Of a DNA stretch of 64,000 nt, positions 10,073-20,089 are shown one piece after another (positions within the stretch are counted from its first letter, which is position 1; each line of letters starts with the position of its first letter). Below the pieces are notes generated by a model. That model worked only from the letters and a program-made list of their open reading frames with translations. It was not told where the DNA came from and ran no database searches. Source of the stretch: an uncultured Acidobacteriaceae bacterium (lineage in GTDB: Bacteria > Acidobacteriota > Terriglobia > Terriglobales > Acidobacteriaceae); assembly GCA_963812865.1 (NCBI GenBank), contig CAWEWV010000011.1:354910-418909 (forward strand), written 5' to 3'. The position numbers and the translations under genes are program-made.

Positions 10073-10791
10073 TGCGGCGGGTCGCCATGGCCGTGGCGCT
10101 TCCGCTCGTTCTGGCGCTTGCAGGGTGCGCGCGGATGCCGGGTGCAACAGCGGAGGAAACTCCGCCGCGTCCCGATCAGGTTTTGGACTTTCATACGCTG
10201 TACACCACCAATTGCCAGGCGTGCCATGGGGCGGACGGTCACGGTGGGCCGGCGATGGAGTTGGGGAATCCTGAATATCAGGCGCTGGTCGACGACGCAA
10301 CGCTGCGGAAATGGATTTCCGGAGGAATGCCGGGGACCGAGATGCCGGCGTTTGCGCAGTCCGCGGGCGGGATGCTGACGGATCGGCAGGTCGACGCGAT
10401 TATCGCGGGAATGCGACAGGAGTGGGCGAAGCCCAATGCGTTTGCGGGCGCCACGCCGCCGCCTTACGCACAGGACCAGGCTGGCGATGCGAAGCGCGGA
10501 CAAGTGACGTATCAGGCGCGATGCGCTTCCTGCCATCGGACGCCGAGCCGGGAGCAGATCACAAGTACGGCGTATCTCTCGCTGGTTAGCGATCAGGTCC
10601 TGCGGACCATCATCATTGCCGGACGCGCGGACATCGGGCAGCCGGACTGGCGCCTGACGCCCGCAGGTGGAGCAGCGCGGCCGCTTTCCGGACAGGATGT
10701 AAGCGACATTGTTACGTATTTGGGAACGCTGCGGAATCCGGCAGCGGTTTCTGCAGCACCTATACCCGTTGCGCCAGGAGGCAGGCCGTGA
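10072..10791 (+). CDS. dihaem c-type cytochrome, lipoprotein
   Basis: Lipobox LVLALAGC and two CxxCH sites (CQACH, CASCH). The start overlaps the upstream stop (TGATG). Confidence 0.8.
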   Translation: MRRVAMAVALPLVLALAGCARMPGATAEETPPRPDQVLDFHTLYTTNCQACHGADGHGGPAMELGNPEYQALVDDATLRKWISGGMPGTEMPAFAQSAGGMLTDRQVDAIIAGMRQEWAKPNAFAGATPPPYAQDQAGDAKRGQVTYQARCASCHRTPSREQITSTAYLSLVSDQVLRTIIIAGRADIGQPDWRLTPAGGAARPLSGQDVSDIVTYLGTLRNPAAVSAAPIPVAPGGRP

Positions 10792-11426
10792 GCGACGTGA
10801 GCGACAGCCCCAACGAGCAGAGCCCCGGACCCGACATCGGGACGGCAAGCGAACAGGCGAGCGATCGCGAAGGGCCCGCGGTGGTCTCGCGGCGATGGAT
10901 GCTGATGAAGGCGGGCATGGCGCTGAATGGGTTGGTGGGACTGGCTCTGGCGGTGCCGATCGTGCGGTATTTGCTCGCGCCGGTACAGAAGGATTCGTCC
11001 TACAAGTCGTGGATTTCGCTGGGTGCGGCCGACGGTTTCCCCGTAGGCGAGACGCGGCTCGTGTCATTCAAAAATCCATGGACCCGGCCGTGGGACGGCG
11101 CAACCGACAATGTCGCAGCCTATGTGCGCCGCGAGGGTACCAGCCAGTTCACGGTATTCGCGATCAACTGCGCTCATCTGGGGTGCCCGGTGCGGTGGTT
11201 CCCGCAATCGCAGCTCTTTATGTGTCCATGTCACGGCGGCGTCTATTATGCCGATGGATCGCGGGCTTCCGGGCCTCCGGAGCGCGGTCTGTTTACCTAC
11301 GACTACAAAATAGCAGGCGGACAGTTACAAATTGACGCCGGCCAGATGCCTAGCTTGTCGAACACAGCCAAATTGGTGAACATCGCCACTCCGGCGAAAG
11401 ATGGGGACTGCCCATGCCAGGGATGA
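10788..11426 (+). CDS. Rieske [2Fe-2S] subunit of a cytochrome bc-type complex
   Basis: Rieske boxes CAHLGCPV and CPCHGGVY. The GTG start overlaps the upstream stop (GTGA). Confidence 0.9.
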   Translation: MSDVSDSPNEQSPGPDIGTASEQASDREGPAVVSRRWMLMKAGMALNGLVGLALAVPIVRYLLAPVQKDSSYKSWISLGAADGFPVGETRLVSFKNPWTRPWDGATDNVAAYVRREGTSQFTVFAINCAHLGCPVRWFPQSQLFMCPCHGGVYYADGSRASGPPERGLFTYDYKIAGGQLQIDAGQMPSLSNTAKLVNIATPAKDGDCPCQG

Positions 11427-12916
11427 AGCAAACGGCGAAGCAGGTCTACGACTGGTTCGAGCGCCGGCTCCAGATCGAAGGGCCGGTCAAGGACGCGGTC
11501 CTGCACAAAGTGCCGCGCAACACCGCGAGCTGGTGGTACGTCTTTGGCAGCGCCGCATTCACGCTGCTGTTCCTGCAGATATTCACGGGCATTTTGCTCG
11601 CGCTGGTGTACGTGCCGTCGGGAGCCGAAGCGTGGAACAGCCTCAACATCCTCAATCATCAGGTGCCGCTGGGGTGGTTTCTACGCGCCATGCACGCGTG
11701 GGGATCCAGTTTCATGGTCGCCGTGGTCTTCATCCACATGGCGCAGGTATTTTTGTTTGGCGCGTATAAGTTTCCCCGCGAACTCACCTGGGTCGTCGGC
11801 GTTTTTCTGCTCCTTATGACCCTGGGCATGGCCTTCACCGGGCAGGTACTGCGCTTCGATCAGGACGCGTACTGGGGCCTCGGCATCGGCGTCTTCATCA
11901 TGAGCCGCGTGCCCATCGCGGGCGGCTCGCTCGTGCATCTGCTGTTGGGCGGACCCACCATCGCGGGCGCCACCCTCTCGCGCTTCTTCGCGCTGCATGT
12001 CTTCGTGATTCCAGGGACGCTCCTGTTTCTGGTCGCCATCCACGTGTGGATGGTCCTGAAGCTGGGCGTCAACGAATGGCCGATGCCCGGCCGGCTCGTA
12101 CGTAAGGCAACCTACACCGCGGAATACAACAAGCTCGCGCACGAGGATGGAATTCCGTTTATACCAGGGGCGTTCTGGAAGGACCTGATTTTTTCCGGCG
12201 CAATCCTGGCCGCTGTCGCTGTATGCGCGGCCGTGTTAGGGCCATCGGGGCCGGGCGGGCAGCCGGATCCGTCCATCATCCAGACGGTGCCGAAGCCCGA
12301 CTTCCCCTTCCTGTGGATTTACGCGGTCCTGTCCTACCTGCCGCCGTCGATGGAGACGCCCTTCATCCTTATCGCGCCGATCCTGATGATCGCAGGACTC
12401 CTTGCCGTGCCGTTTGTAGCCAGCGAGGGTGAGAAGAGCTGGCACCGGCGGCCGGTGGCTGTGCTCGCGCTGAGCATGGTCGCGGTCAGCTGGGCAACGT
12501 TCACCCATCTGGCGGAGTCGACCCCGTGGAGCCCGCACATGAGTGCGTGGAGCGGCGACACGATCCCGGTGAAGTATCTGCAGGAGGCGACACCCCTCGT
12601 GCGTCAGGGCGCTGTGATTTTCCAGGCGAAGCAGTGTCGCAACTGCCACTCCGTTGGCGGGCAGGGCGGCGAGCGCGGCCCGACGCTCGATTCGGTCGCA
12701 ACGCGCATGACGATGGACCAGATGCGCTACAAAGTCGTTACCGGCGGCGGCAACATGCCGGCGTATGGCAAGAATCTTTCGCCCCCGGAGATTGAGGCGC
12801 TCGTGAACTTCCTTGAGACGCTGCATCCGAAAAACGAGCCGCCCGCCGTCAACGCGGCGCAGCAAGCGACGCAGCAGGCATCCGCGCCGGCGCCGGCCGG
12901 AAGCCCCGGGCCATGA
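11414..12916 (+). CDS. cytochrome b (b6 plus subunit IV-type) fused to a C-terminal monohaem cytochrome c
   Basis: The N-terminus WWYVFGSAAFTLLFLQIFTGILLALVY... is typical of cytochrome b. The C-terminus carries CRNCHSVGG...GGNMPAYG. Confidence 0.9.
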   Translation: MPGMKQTAKQVYDWFERRLQIEGPVKDAVLHKVPRNTASWWYVFGSAAFTLLFLQIFTGILLALVYVPSGAEAWNSLNILNHQVPLGWFLRAMHAWGSSFMVAVVFIHMAQVFLFGAYKFPRELTWVVGVFLLLMTLGMAFTGQVLRFDQDAYWGLGIGVFIMSRVPIAGGSLVHLLLGGPTIAGATLSRFFALHVFVIPGTLLFLVAIHVWMVLKLGVNEWPMPGRLVRKATYTAEYNKLAHEDGIPFIPGAFWKDLIFSGAILAAVAVCAAVLGPSGPGGQPDPSIIQTVPKPDFPFLWIYAVLSYLPPSMETPFILIAPILMIAGLLAVPFVASEGEKSWHRRPVAVLALSMVAVSWATFTHLAESTPWSPHMSAWSGDTIPVKYLQEATPLVRQGAVIFQAKQCRNCHSVGGQGGERGPTLDSVATRMTMDQMRYKVVTGGGNMPAYGKNLSPPEIEALVNFLETLHPKNEPPAVNAAQQATQQASAPAPAGSPGP

Positions 12917-12923
12917 GCACACG

Positions 12924-13768
12924 ATGAACGCAGACGCGCTGGTTACCCAGTGGGAGATTCCGTGGGGAGTGACGGCGGCGCTCGCCGTGACAGCGGCGAT
13001 TTATGTTCGCGGATGGGACCAAATTCGCAGAACCCGTCTGGAGCTGTTCCCGCGCTGGCGGCTGCTGGCGTTTCTGGCGGAGTGCTGGCAATTTTCGTTG
13101 CTGTGGCCTCGCCACTCGATACCTTCAGCGAAACCCTGCTCTTCATGCACATGGCGCAGCATTTTGTGCTCATGTCGATTGCTCCGCCACTCATGGTGCT
13201 CGGTGCGCCGGTGGTTCCTATGCTGCGCGGATTGCCGCGCGGTGTGATCCGCTGGTTGCGGCCGCTGTTTCGCACCAGACTGCTCCCGCGCATCGGAGCC
13301 TTTCTCACCCGGCCGAAAGTCGCCTGGCTCGCCATGAATGCCGCTTATCTCGCATGGCACGTTCCAAAGGCGTATGAGTTTGCGCTGGCGTCGGAGAACT
13401 GGCACAACTTCGAGCATGCGTGCTTCTTCTTTACCAGTCTCATGTTCTGGTGGCCCGTGATCGCCCCGTGGCCGTACCGGCAATCGTGGTCGCGCTGGAT
13501 CCTGCTTCCCTACCTCGTGCTGGCGGATCTGGTGAACACGGGACTGTCCGCGTTCCTCTGTTTTTCCGGGCGTCTGCTCTATCCCAGCTACGCCGCCGTG
13601 CCGCGGCTCTTCGGCCTCAGCGCGCTCAACGATCAGATTGCCGCAGGCGCGTTTATGTGGGTGATGGGGTCCACGGTCTTTCTCATACCCGCCATGGGGA
13701 TCACGCTGCAGCTGCTCTCGCCGCGCAAGCGGAGAGTCGGAGCGCAAATGGTGACGGTGCACCGGTAA
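12924..13768 (+). CDS. ctaG: cytochrome c oxidase assembly factor CtaG (caa3_CtaG family), with an apparent 1-nt frameshift near 13076-13082
   Basis: The N-terminal helix MNADALVTQWEIPWGVTAALAVTAAIYVRGW...RWRLLAFLA is in the frame of ORF 12813..13247. The rest (GVLAIFVAVASPLDTFSETLLFMHMAQHFVLMSIAPPL...) is in the frame of ORF 12950..13768. Total length is not a multiple of 3. Confidence 0.7.
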
Positions 13769-13847
13769 AGTTCGCCGGATCGCAATCAACCATGAAGTTC
13801 CTTCACGGCGCGCGCATGCGCGCCGCAAAGGATCGCAGTTTCTCACC

Positions 13848-14873
13848 CTACGGCTTTGTGGCGAGGATGATGGGCGACGGGCCGGGCGATTCGAGGAGGC
13901 GCGGCTTCGTGAATCCAGCTTCTTCCAGCCACGCGCCGATTTCTTCAAAGGACCAGGTGTTGCCCTCCTCGGTGTTCACCAGCATGTTGACCGCGAAGAA
14001 GAGGCCGTTGATGGGTCCGGTTCTTTCCTTGTTGACCAGGAATTCCTGCACGGCGATCGTGCCTCCACTCGCCAGAGCGCCAAAAGTCTTCGCAAGCAGC
14101 TTCCGGCTGCGCTTCTCGCCCTCGCTGTGCAGGATGTGGCCAAGAGTCGCGACCGAATAGCCTGAGCCAAAGTCGGCTTCGAGCAGATCGCCTGCGACAA
14201 AGGAGAAGCGGTCGGCGAATCCAAAGCTCGCGGACGTTTTCTTTGTTAGGTCGATGACCTCGGGCCAGTCGACGGCGGTGACCTGCACGCGCGGTGAGCT
14301 TTGCGCCTGCGCGATGCCCCAGACACCGGAGCCGGCCGCGAGATCGAGCACCCTGACCGGCGCGCCTGCGCTGCCATAGTTCATGTGGGCTGCCAGCGCG
14401 GACGCGGCGGGATAGCTCATCGGGAAAATGTCGAGCACGAAGTTGTGGAAGAACTCGCCGCCGGACTTCTCCTCATTGACCGCGCTGACAGGTTTGCCCG
14501 TGCCGACGACTTCATTCAGGTGCAGCCAGCGCGGGATCAGCTGTTCGCTGCAGTGTTTGATCATGCCGCCCTGAAAAGACGGCTTGGTGCTGACCAGGAA
14601 GGTGTCGCTCTCGGGGGTGAGCGCGAAGCGGCCCTGCTCATCTTTGGAGAGGAAGTTGAGGCCCACCAGCACATCCATGATCGCCGTCAGGCCGCGCGCG
14701 GAAGCGCCGGTGGCTTTCTCGACTTCCCAGATATTTTTCGGGCCGCTCGCGAGCACATCGAAAACCCGATGGCGAATAGCGGCCTCGAGCACGAGCGGCG
14801 GGACGTAGCCCCAGGCCATCTGCATGATGCGTTCAGGCGTAACCTGGGCGTGAGTATGGGTGGTGGTAGCCAT
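13848..14873 (-). CDS. SAM-dependent O-methyltransferase (family 2 type with N-terminal dimerisation domain)
   Basis: SAM-binding motif VLDLAAGSGVWGIAQA and an overall plant/bacterial OMT2-like layout. Confidence 0.8.
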   Translation of the reverse strand: MATTTHTHAQVTPERIMQMAWGYVPPLVLEAAIRHRVFDVLASGPKNIWEVEKATGASARGLTAIMDVLVGLNFLSKDEQGRFALTPESDTFLVSTKPSFQGGMIKHCSEQLIPRWLHLNEVVGTGKPVSAVNEEKSGGEFFHNFVLDIFPMSYPAASALAAHMNYGSAGAPVRVLDLAAGSGVWGIAQAQSSPRVQVTAVDWPEVIDLTKKTSASFGFADRFSFVAGDLLEADFGSGYSVATLGHILHSEGEKRSRKLLAKTFGALASGGTIAVQEFLVNKERTGPINGLFFAVNMLVNTEEGNTWSFEEIGAWLEEAGFTKPRLLESPGPSPIILATKP

Positions 14874-15352
14874 GGATGTTCCTCATTTCCGGGGGATCCG
14901 GGGAATTTTTGGTGCTCAGTTGTGGAGAGCGGGGGACGCGGAGGAGTGTAGCAGCTTTGCCGGTGATTGCGAGGTAAATCGGGTGAGGGCTCGCAGGCAA
15001 AAAGTTGGGCTGGCGCCAGGGGCCAGCCCGTGAGGGGAGTAAATGGTTAAACGCCTGTCCCAGGTGAGGGTCAGGTGGTGGTTAGACGGGGGAACCTGTG
15101 GGGGGTAAGCCTGTCCAGGGGGAGGAGGGGAGGGCTCCGCTGCTCTCAGTACGCAGTCCAGGTAGAATCGGATTGGTCGAAAGAGATGGCGATACGGGCG
15201 GCGCGGATTTCGGGGAGCGCGGGGTTCGGCAGGGTCGAATCCGGGGCCGGAGACTGCCTTGCGAGCCGGTTCGTCCATGCCGGATGCAATCCGCCAGGCC
15301 ATGCATTTGCGTACCCCCTGCAGAGACTTATGCGTAGCCGAGGCGAGGCGCT

Positions 15353-15940
15353 ATGAGTGCGCCGGCGCAGCAGGTTCCGGATGCAGCGATGGTCGAGCGA
15401 ATCATGGCGGGAGACGAAGGCGCGCTGGCCGCACTCTATGATCGCTACGCCGGCATGTTGTTTGCCATGCTCGTCCGGATCCTGAAAGATACGAGTGCCG
15501 CCGAAGAGGTGCTGCAGGACTTGTTCCTCCAGCTGTGGCGCGGCGCCGCGCGCTTCGACGCAAGTCGCGGCTCGCTGCCGGCGTGGCTCCTGGTGATCGG
15601 TCGCAATCGCGCTCTATCGCGGCTGCGCGGCAAAGATCGGCGCGAGTACTTCCCCGATCCGGAGGAGTTTTCGATCGAGGCGGTTCCCTCCGCCGGCAAC
15701 CTGGAGGACGACGCGGCCCGCGCGCAGTTGATGGAGAGGCTCACCGGCGCTTTGGCTGCGCTGCCGCCCGAACAACGGGAGGCCGTGGAGCTGGCCTATT
15801 TTGAAGGGATGACACAAACGGAGATTGCCGCGCGGACCGGGAGTCCGCTGGGAACGGTGAAGTCCAGAGTACGGGCCGCGATGCAGACGCTGAAGCAAGT
15901 TTTTGACCATGAATCGACACGTCAACCCGGAAGATCCTGA
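15353..15940 (+). CDS. ECF-type sigma-70 family RNA polymerase sigma factor
   Basis: Region 2 (LYDRYAGMLFAMLVRILKD...AEEVLQDLFLQLW) and region 4 (ELAYFEGMTQTEIAARTGSPLGTVKSRVR). Confidence 0.85.
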   Translation: MSAPAQQVPDAAMVERIMAGDEGALAALYDRYAGMLFAMLVRILKDTSAAEEVLQDLFLQLWRGAARFDASRGSLPAWLLVIGRNRALSRLRGKDRREYFPDPEEFSIEAVPSAGNLEDDAARAQLMERLTGALAALPPEQREAVELAYFEGMTQTEIAARTGSPLGTVKSRVRAAMQTLKQVFDHESTRQPGRS

Positions 15941-16697
15941 CCTGTACGCCCTCGGGGCGCTTGACGGGGAGGAGAAGCAGGAGTTCGAAGCCCACGTGCG
16001 TGCCTGCGAGGCGTGTGCGCAGGCCGTCGAGGCGGCGCGCCGGCGCGTGGCGCTGCTGGCCCTGGCCGCGCCCGCCGCGGCTCCTCCTGCCCGGGTCAAA
16101 GACGCGCTCCTGTCGAAGGTGCGTTCGGAGCAGGTTCCGGAGACACGACGAGGGAAGGCGGAAGCGCGCGAGCGGCGTCCCTGGATCGTCTGGCTGACAC
16201 CGGTGTTTGGCGTGGCGGCGGTGGTGTTTGCAGCGCTCGCCGCGGCGATCTGGATGAAGGATGTGCGCGATAACCAGCGGATCCATCAGCTGGAGGGTCA
16301 ACTGGCGCTGGCGCAGACGCACTCCCAGGAGATTGCCAGGGCCTCGGAGGCAACGGACAAGCTGCTGGAGATGCCGGAGACCAAGCGCGTGGCGCTGATG
16401 CCGATGCCGGGGATGAAGGGGCGCGGCGGCGTGCTCTACAACCAGGAAATGGGAATGGTGGCCTGTGCCGGGTGGTTGCCGGCTGCGCCTGCGGGCAAGA
16501 GCTATCAGCTGTGGCTGGTTCCGATGGAGGGCAAGCCGATGCCGTTGCATGTTTTCAGCAGCGGCGAGTGGACCACGCCGATGTCGATGCACATCACTCC
16601 GGGGATGGGGGCGAAGGCCTTCGCCGTGACCGAAGAGCCGGCGGGCGGGATGCCGTGGCCGACGGGCCCGAAGGTCCTGGCGGGCGCGGGCGAATAG
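15909..16697 (+). CDS. anti-sigma factor (zf-HC2 N-terminus, one TM helix, RskA-like C-terminal domain)
   Basis: HVRACEACAQAV zinc-finger motif, TM helix WLTPVFGVAAVVFAALAAAIW, and C-terminal KSYQLWLVP...FAVTEEPAGG. It overlaps the 3' end of the sigma gene. Confidence 0.75.
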   Translation: MNRHVNPEDPDLYALGALDGEEKQEFEAHVRACEACAQAVEAARRRVALLALAAPAAAPPARVKDALLSKVRSEQVPETRRGKAEARERRPWIVWLTPVFGVAAVVFAALAAAIWMKDVRDNQRIHQLEGQLALAQTHSQEIARASEATDKLLEMPETKRVALMPMPGMKGRGGVLYNQEMGMVACAGWLPAAPAGKSYQLWLVPMEGKPMPLHVFSSGEWTTPMSMHITPGMGAKAFAVTEEPAGGMPWPTGPKVLAGAGE

Positions 16698-16794
16698 GGC
16701 GCGCCCGCGACGGGTCTGGAGCCGGCTGCCCTGGCCCCCCGCAAAAAAAATTGTAGAGGCCGTCGCTATTTCTCTGATTTCACAACAGATCCCG

Positions 16795-16825
16795 GGTAAT
16801 ACCGTTTGGGTATTACCTTCTTTGT
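16795..16825 (+). terminator. candidate intrinsic terminator after the sigma/anti-sigma operon
   Basis: Perfect 9-bp stem GGTAATACC/GGTATTACC with a 5-nt loop, followed by TTCTTTGT. Confidence 0.45.
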
Positions 16826-17162
16826 ATCGCCTTCCGAGACAGGTGTCGACGGCCGGGACTGAAGAAGCTGCGCTCGACCACGGGTCCAATCGCCCAGAAC
16901 AGGCGAAGAGCCGAAGACGGCAATGGGGATCTCCACCTGGGCGGACGATCCCACTCTTCACAGTGTGTAACCGGGAAGAGACGAGGGCAAGGAAAATCCG
17001 CGGGTGCGACGGTACGCAGGTAACGGGTGCGACCGGATCGCAGACAGCGAGTAGCGGACAGCGTATCGCGGTCAGGGATTAGCGATTGGGGAGTAGTTCC
17101 AGCACAGGAGACTGGCCTCTGTTCAGGAATCGGCCTTTGCCGCTCCAGTAAACTCGGGATGT

Positions 17163-20072
17163 ATGCCTACAGGGAAGAATTGGAGCGGGTCGGCGATCCG
17201 CGCGATGTTTTTGAAGTTTTTTGAGACGAAGGGGCACCGCTGCGTGCACTCGTCGTCGCTGGTGCCTGCCAACGATCCCACCCTGCTGTTCACCAACGCG
17301 GGGATGAACCAGTTCAAGGACGTGTTTCTCGGCATCGAGAAGCGCGACTACTCGCGCGCGACGACCTCCCAGAAATGTGTGCGCGCCGGGGGCAAGCATA
17401 ACGACCTCGAAAATGTCGGCTTCACGCGCCGCCACCACACCTTCTTCGAGATGCTGGGAAACTTCAGCTTCGGCGACTACTTCAAGAAGGATGCGATCGC
17501 CTACGCGTGGGAGCTGGTGACCTCGCCCGAGTGGTACGGACTCTCCAAAGACCGCCTCTACGTCACCATCTTCGAAGGGGACGCCGAGGTCCCGCGCGAC
17601 GACGAAGCCGAACGCCTGTGGAGGGATGTCGGCGTTCCAAAGGAGCGCATTTTCACGTACGGGCGGAAGGACAACTTCTGGCAGATGGGCGAAACCGGCC
17701 CCTGCGGTCCCTGCTCGGAGATTTTTTACGACATGGGGTTGGAAGCCGCGGACACTCCGGGGGTGGACCGGCCGTTTGGGGAGGATGAAGCGCGGTATGT
17801 GGAGATTTGGAATTTAGTTTTTATGCAGTTCGACCGCGCCGCGGTGACCGATGCGAAGGGCACGGTGACGGACTACACGCTGACGCCGCTGCCGAAGCCT
17901 TCGATTGATACGGGGATGGGTTTGGAGCGGGTGGCTGCTGTTTTGCAGGGCGTGGTTTCGAATTTTGAGACCGATTTATTCACCCCGCTGATCGCGAAAG
18001 CTGCTGAACTGACGGGCGTGAAGAGCGATGTGGGCAATGCCAGCCTGCGGATTATTGCCGATCATGCTCGGGCTTCGACGTTCCTTATTAATGACGGCGT
18101 GCAGCCTTCGAATGAGGGTCGCGGGTATGTGCTCAGGAAAATTCTGCGGCGTGGGATCCGGCATGGGCGGTTGCTGGGGCAGGACAAGCCGTTCATGTAT
18201 CAGATGGTCTACGCGGTTCGGGACGAAATGCAGGATGCGTATCCGGAATTGAAGGAGAGCGCGGATCGCGTAGCGAAAGTCGTCGAGGCGGAAGAGCGGC
18301 AGTTTGCGCGCGTCCTGGAAATGGGCTCAGCACAGCTTGACCGTGAACTTAAGCAAGCTAAAGAAGCGCCAGGCAATGCTTGCCTGAAATTCGCTTCAGA
18401 TTGGTTAGTGCTGAACCAGGTTACTGAGCCAGTCTCGCCGGTCTTGAGCCACATCGACTTCAGTGCAGTAGAGAAACACCTGAACAATTTACCGGAACCG
18501 CTACTGCAGGGTCGAAATAGGCAAGACCTTATTACGCAATGGCGCGAACTTAGAAAGGCACCTTCGAAGCTCGACGGCAAGGCTGCCTTCCACCTCTACG
18601 AGACCTACGGTCTCCCCCTCGATTTCATGATGGACGCCGCCCGTGACGCCGGCATTCATTTCGATCTCGAGGGCTTCGAAGCCGCCCGCTCCGAAGAGCA
18701 GGCGCGGGCTCGTGCGTCCTGGAAAGGCGGCAGCCAAAAATCCGCCAGCCCCGTCTTTCGCGATCTGCCGAAGACCACCTTCGAGGGCTACCGGCAGCTG
18801 CGCGTCGATGGCGCGGAAGTCCTGGCCATTGTGAAGGACGGCCAGGGCGTTCCGGCCGCGAGCGCCGGCGATGCGGTCGAAATCGTCCTCGACCGGACGA
18901 GCTTCTACGCCGATTCCGGCGGCCAGATTGGCGACACCGGCTGGCTGATGAGCGACGATCACAACTCCGTCGTGGCCGACGTGAGCGGGTGCACGAAGCC
19001 GGTGCAGGGCGTCTTCGCCCATCGCGCGATTCTGCGGCAACCGATCAGGCTCGGCGACAAAGTCGACACGGTCGTCGATGCCAATTTCCGCAACGCGACA
19101 CGGCGGAATCACACCGCGACGCACCTGCTGCATGCGGCGCTGCGCGAGGTGCTGGGCACGCACGTGAAGCAGGCAGGCTCGCTGGTCGAGCCCAACCGCT
19201 TGCGCTTCGATTTTTCGCACTTCACCGCCATTGCCGATGAAGAGCTGCAGGACATCGAAGACATCATGAACAAGGAGACGCTCGGCAACACAAAAGTGGA
19301 GACGCTCGAGGACGTTCCCATCGATGTCGCGGTGAATGAATATCACGCGATGGCCCTGTTCGGCGAGAAGTACGGCGAGCGAGTGCGCGTGGTGCGCATC
19401 GGCGACTTTTCGACGGAGCTGTGCGGCGGTACGCACACCGGAGCGACGGGCGAAATTGGTGTGGTCAAGCTCCTCGGCGAAGGATCGGTGTCCTCGGGCG
19501 TCCGGCGCGTGGAAGCCGTGACCGGGCTCGGCGCGCTGAACGAGTTCCGCAAGGATTTCCAGGTGGCGCAGATTGCGGCGCAGCTGGGAGGCGCGGATGT
19601 AGCTCCGGCAGAAGCGTTGCGCCAGCGGCTCGCCGCGCAGGAAGACGAGCTGAAGAAGCTGCGTCGCGAGCTGGATGAGGCGCGAATGAAGTCCGCAGCG
19701 TCACGCGTGTCGGGCGCGACGGATCAGGCCGTCGATGTGGCCGGTATCAAAGTGCTGGCGCAACGAGTGGACGCGCTCGACCGCGGACAGATGCGGACCC
19801 TCGTTGATAATCTCCGCAACAAGCTCGGCTCCGGCGTGGTCGTGCTGGGCGGCGCGCAGGACGAGGGCAAAGTCGCGCTCATCGTCGGCGTGACCAAAGA
19901 CCTGACCGGCAAAATCCAGGCCGGCAAAGTCATCGCGCCCATCGCCAAGATGGTCGGCGGGTCGGGGGGCGGTCGTCCCGACATGGCCGAAGCGGGAGGC
20001 AAAGATGCGGAGCATCTCGACGCGGCGCTGAAGAGCGCGGCGGACGTGGTGAAGGGGCTCGTCAGCGGTTAG
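17163..20072 (+). CDS. alaS: alanine--tRNA ligase (carries an extra roughly 67-codon insertion, see findings)
   Basis: 969 aa with class II AlaRS motifs ([38 protein letters not shown]), the editing domain HTATHLLH, and a C-terminal DHHA1-like GGGGRPDMA. Confidence 0.95.
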   Translation: MPTGKNWSGSAIRAMFLKFFETKGHRCVHSSSLVPANDPTLLFTNAGMNQFKDVFLGIEKRDYSRATTSQKCVRAGGKHNDLENVGFTRRHHTFFEMLGNFSFGDYFKKDAIAYAWELVTSPEWYGLSKDRLYVTIFEGDAEVPRDDEAERLWRDVGVPKERIFTYGRKDNFWQMGETGPCGPCSEIFYDMGLEAADTPGVDRPFGEDEARYVEIWNLVFMQFDRAAVTDAKGTVTDYTLTPLPKPSIDTGMGLERVAAVLQGVVSNFETDLFTPLIAKAAELTGVKSDVGNASLRIIADHARASTFLINDGVQPSNEGRGYVLRKILRRGIRHGRLLGQDKPFMYQMVYAVRDEMQDAYPELKESADRVAKVVEAEERQFARVLEMGSAQLDRELKQAKEAPGNACLKFASDWLVLNQVTEPVSPVLSHIDFSAVEKHLNNLPEPLLQGRNRQDLITQWRELRKAPSKLDGKAAFHLYETYGLPLDFMMDAARDAGIHFDLEGFEAARSEEQARARASWKGGSQKSASPVFRDLPKTTFEGYRQLRVDGAEVLAIVKDGQGVPAASAGDAVEIVLDRTSFYADSGGQIGDTGWLMSDDHNSVVADVSGCTKPVQGVFAHRAILRQPIRLGDKVDTVVDANFRNATRRNHTATHLLHAALREVLGTHVKQAGSLVEPNRLRFDFSHFTAIADEELQDIEDIMNKETLGNTKVETLEDVPIDVAVNEYHAMALFGEKYGERVRVVRIGDFSTELCGGTHTGATGEIGVVKLLGEGSVSSGVRRVEAVTGLGALNEFRKDFQVAQIAAQLGGADVAPAEALRQRLAAQEDELKKLRRELDEARMKSAASRVSGATDQAVDVAGIKVLAQRVDALDRGQMRTLVDNLRNKLGSGVVVLGGAQDEGKVALIVGVTKDLTGKIQAGKVIAPIAKMVGGSGGGRPDMAEAGGKDAEHLDAALKSAADVVKGLVSG

Positions 20073-20089
20073 CGTTCAGTGGACAGCGA

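Noticed and set aside
9580-11067. 495-aa minus-strand ORF across the membrane protein, cytochrome c and Rieske genes
   Set aside because: This is a high-GC antisense artefact with an Arg/Pro/Ser-rich composition. The plus-strand genes have CxxCH and Rieske motifs and coupled start/stop codons.
15215-15260. tRNA-like GGTCGAATCC T-loop motif in the OMT/sigma intergenic region
   Set aside because: The flanking bases do not form a T-stem, and no acceptor, D or anticodon arms can be drawn.
15741-16961. 406-aa minus-strand ORF opposite the sigma/anti-sigma pair
   Set aside because: This is an antisense shadow with a low-complexity Arg/Pro/Gly composition.
16980-17040. Possible T-box or RNase P-like element upstream of alaS (GGGTGCGAC...GGTAACGGGTGCGACC)
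   Set aside because: It lacks the T-box UGGN bulge context and specifier architecture. It has none of the RNase P conserved blocks such as GGAAAGTCCGGGC or ACAGAACCCGGCTTA.
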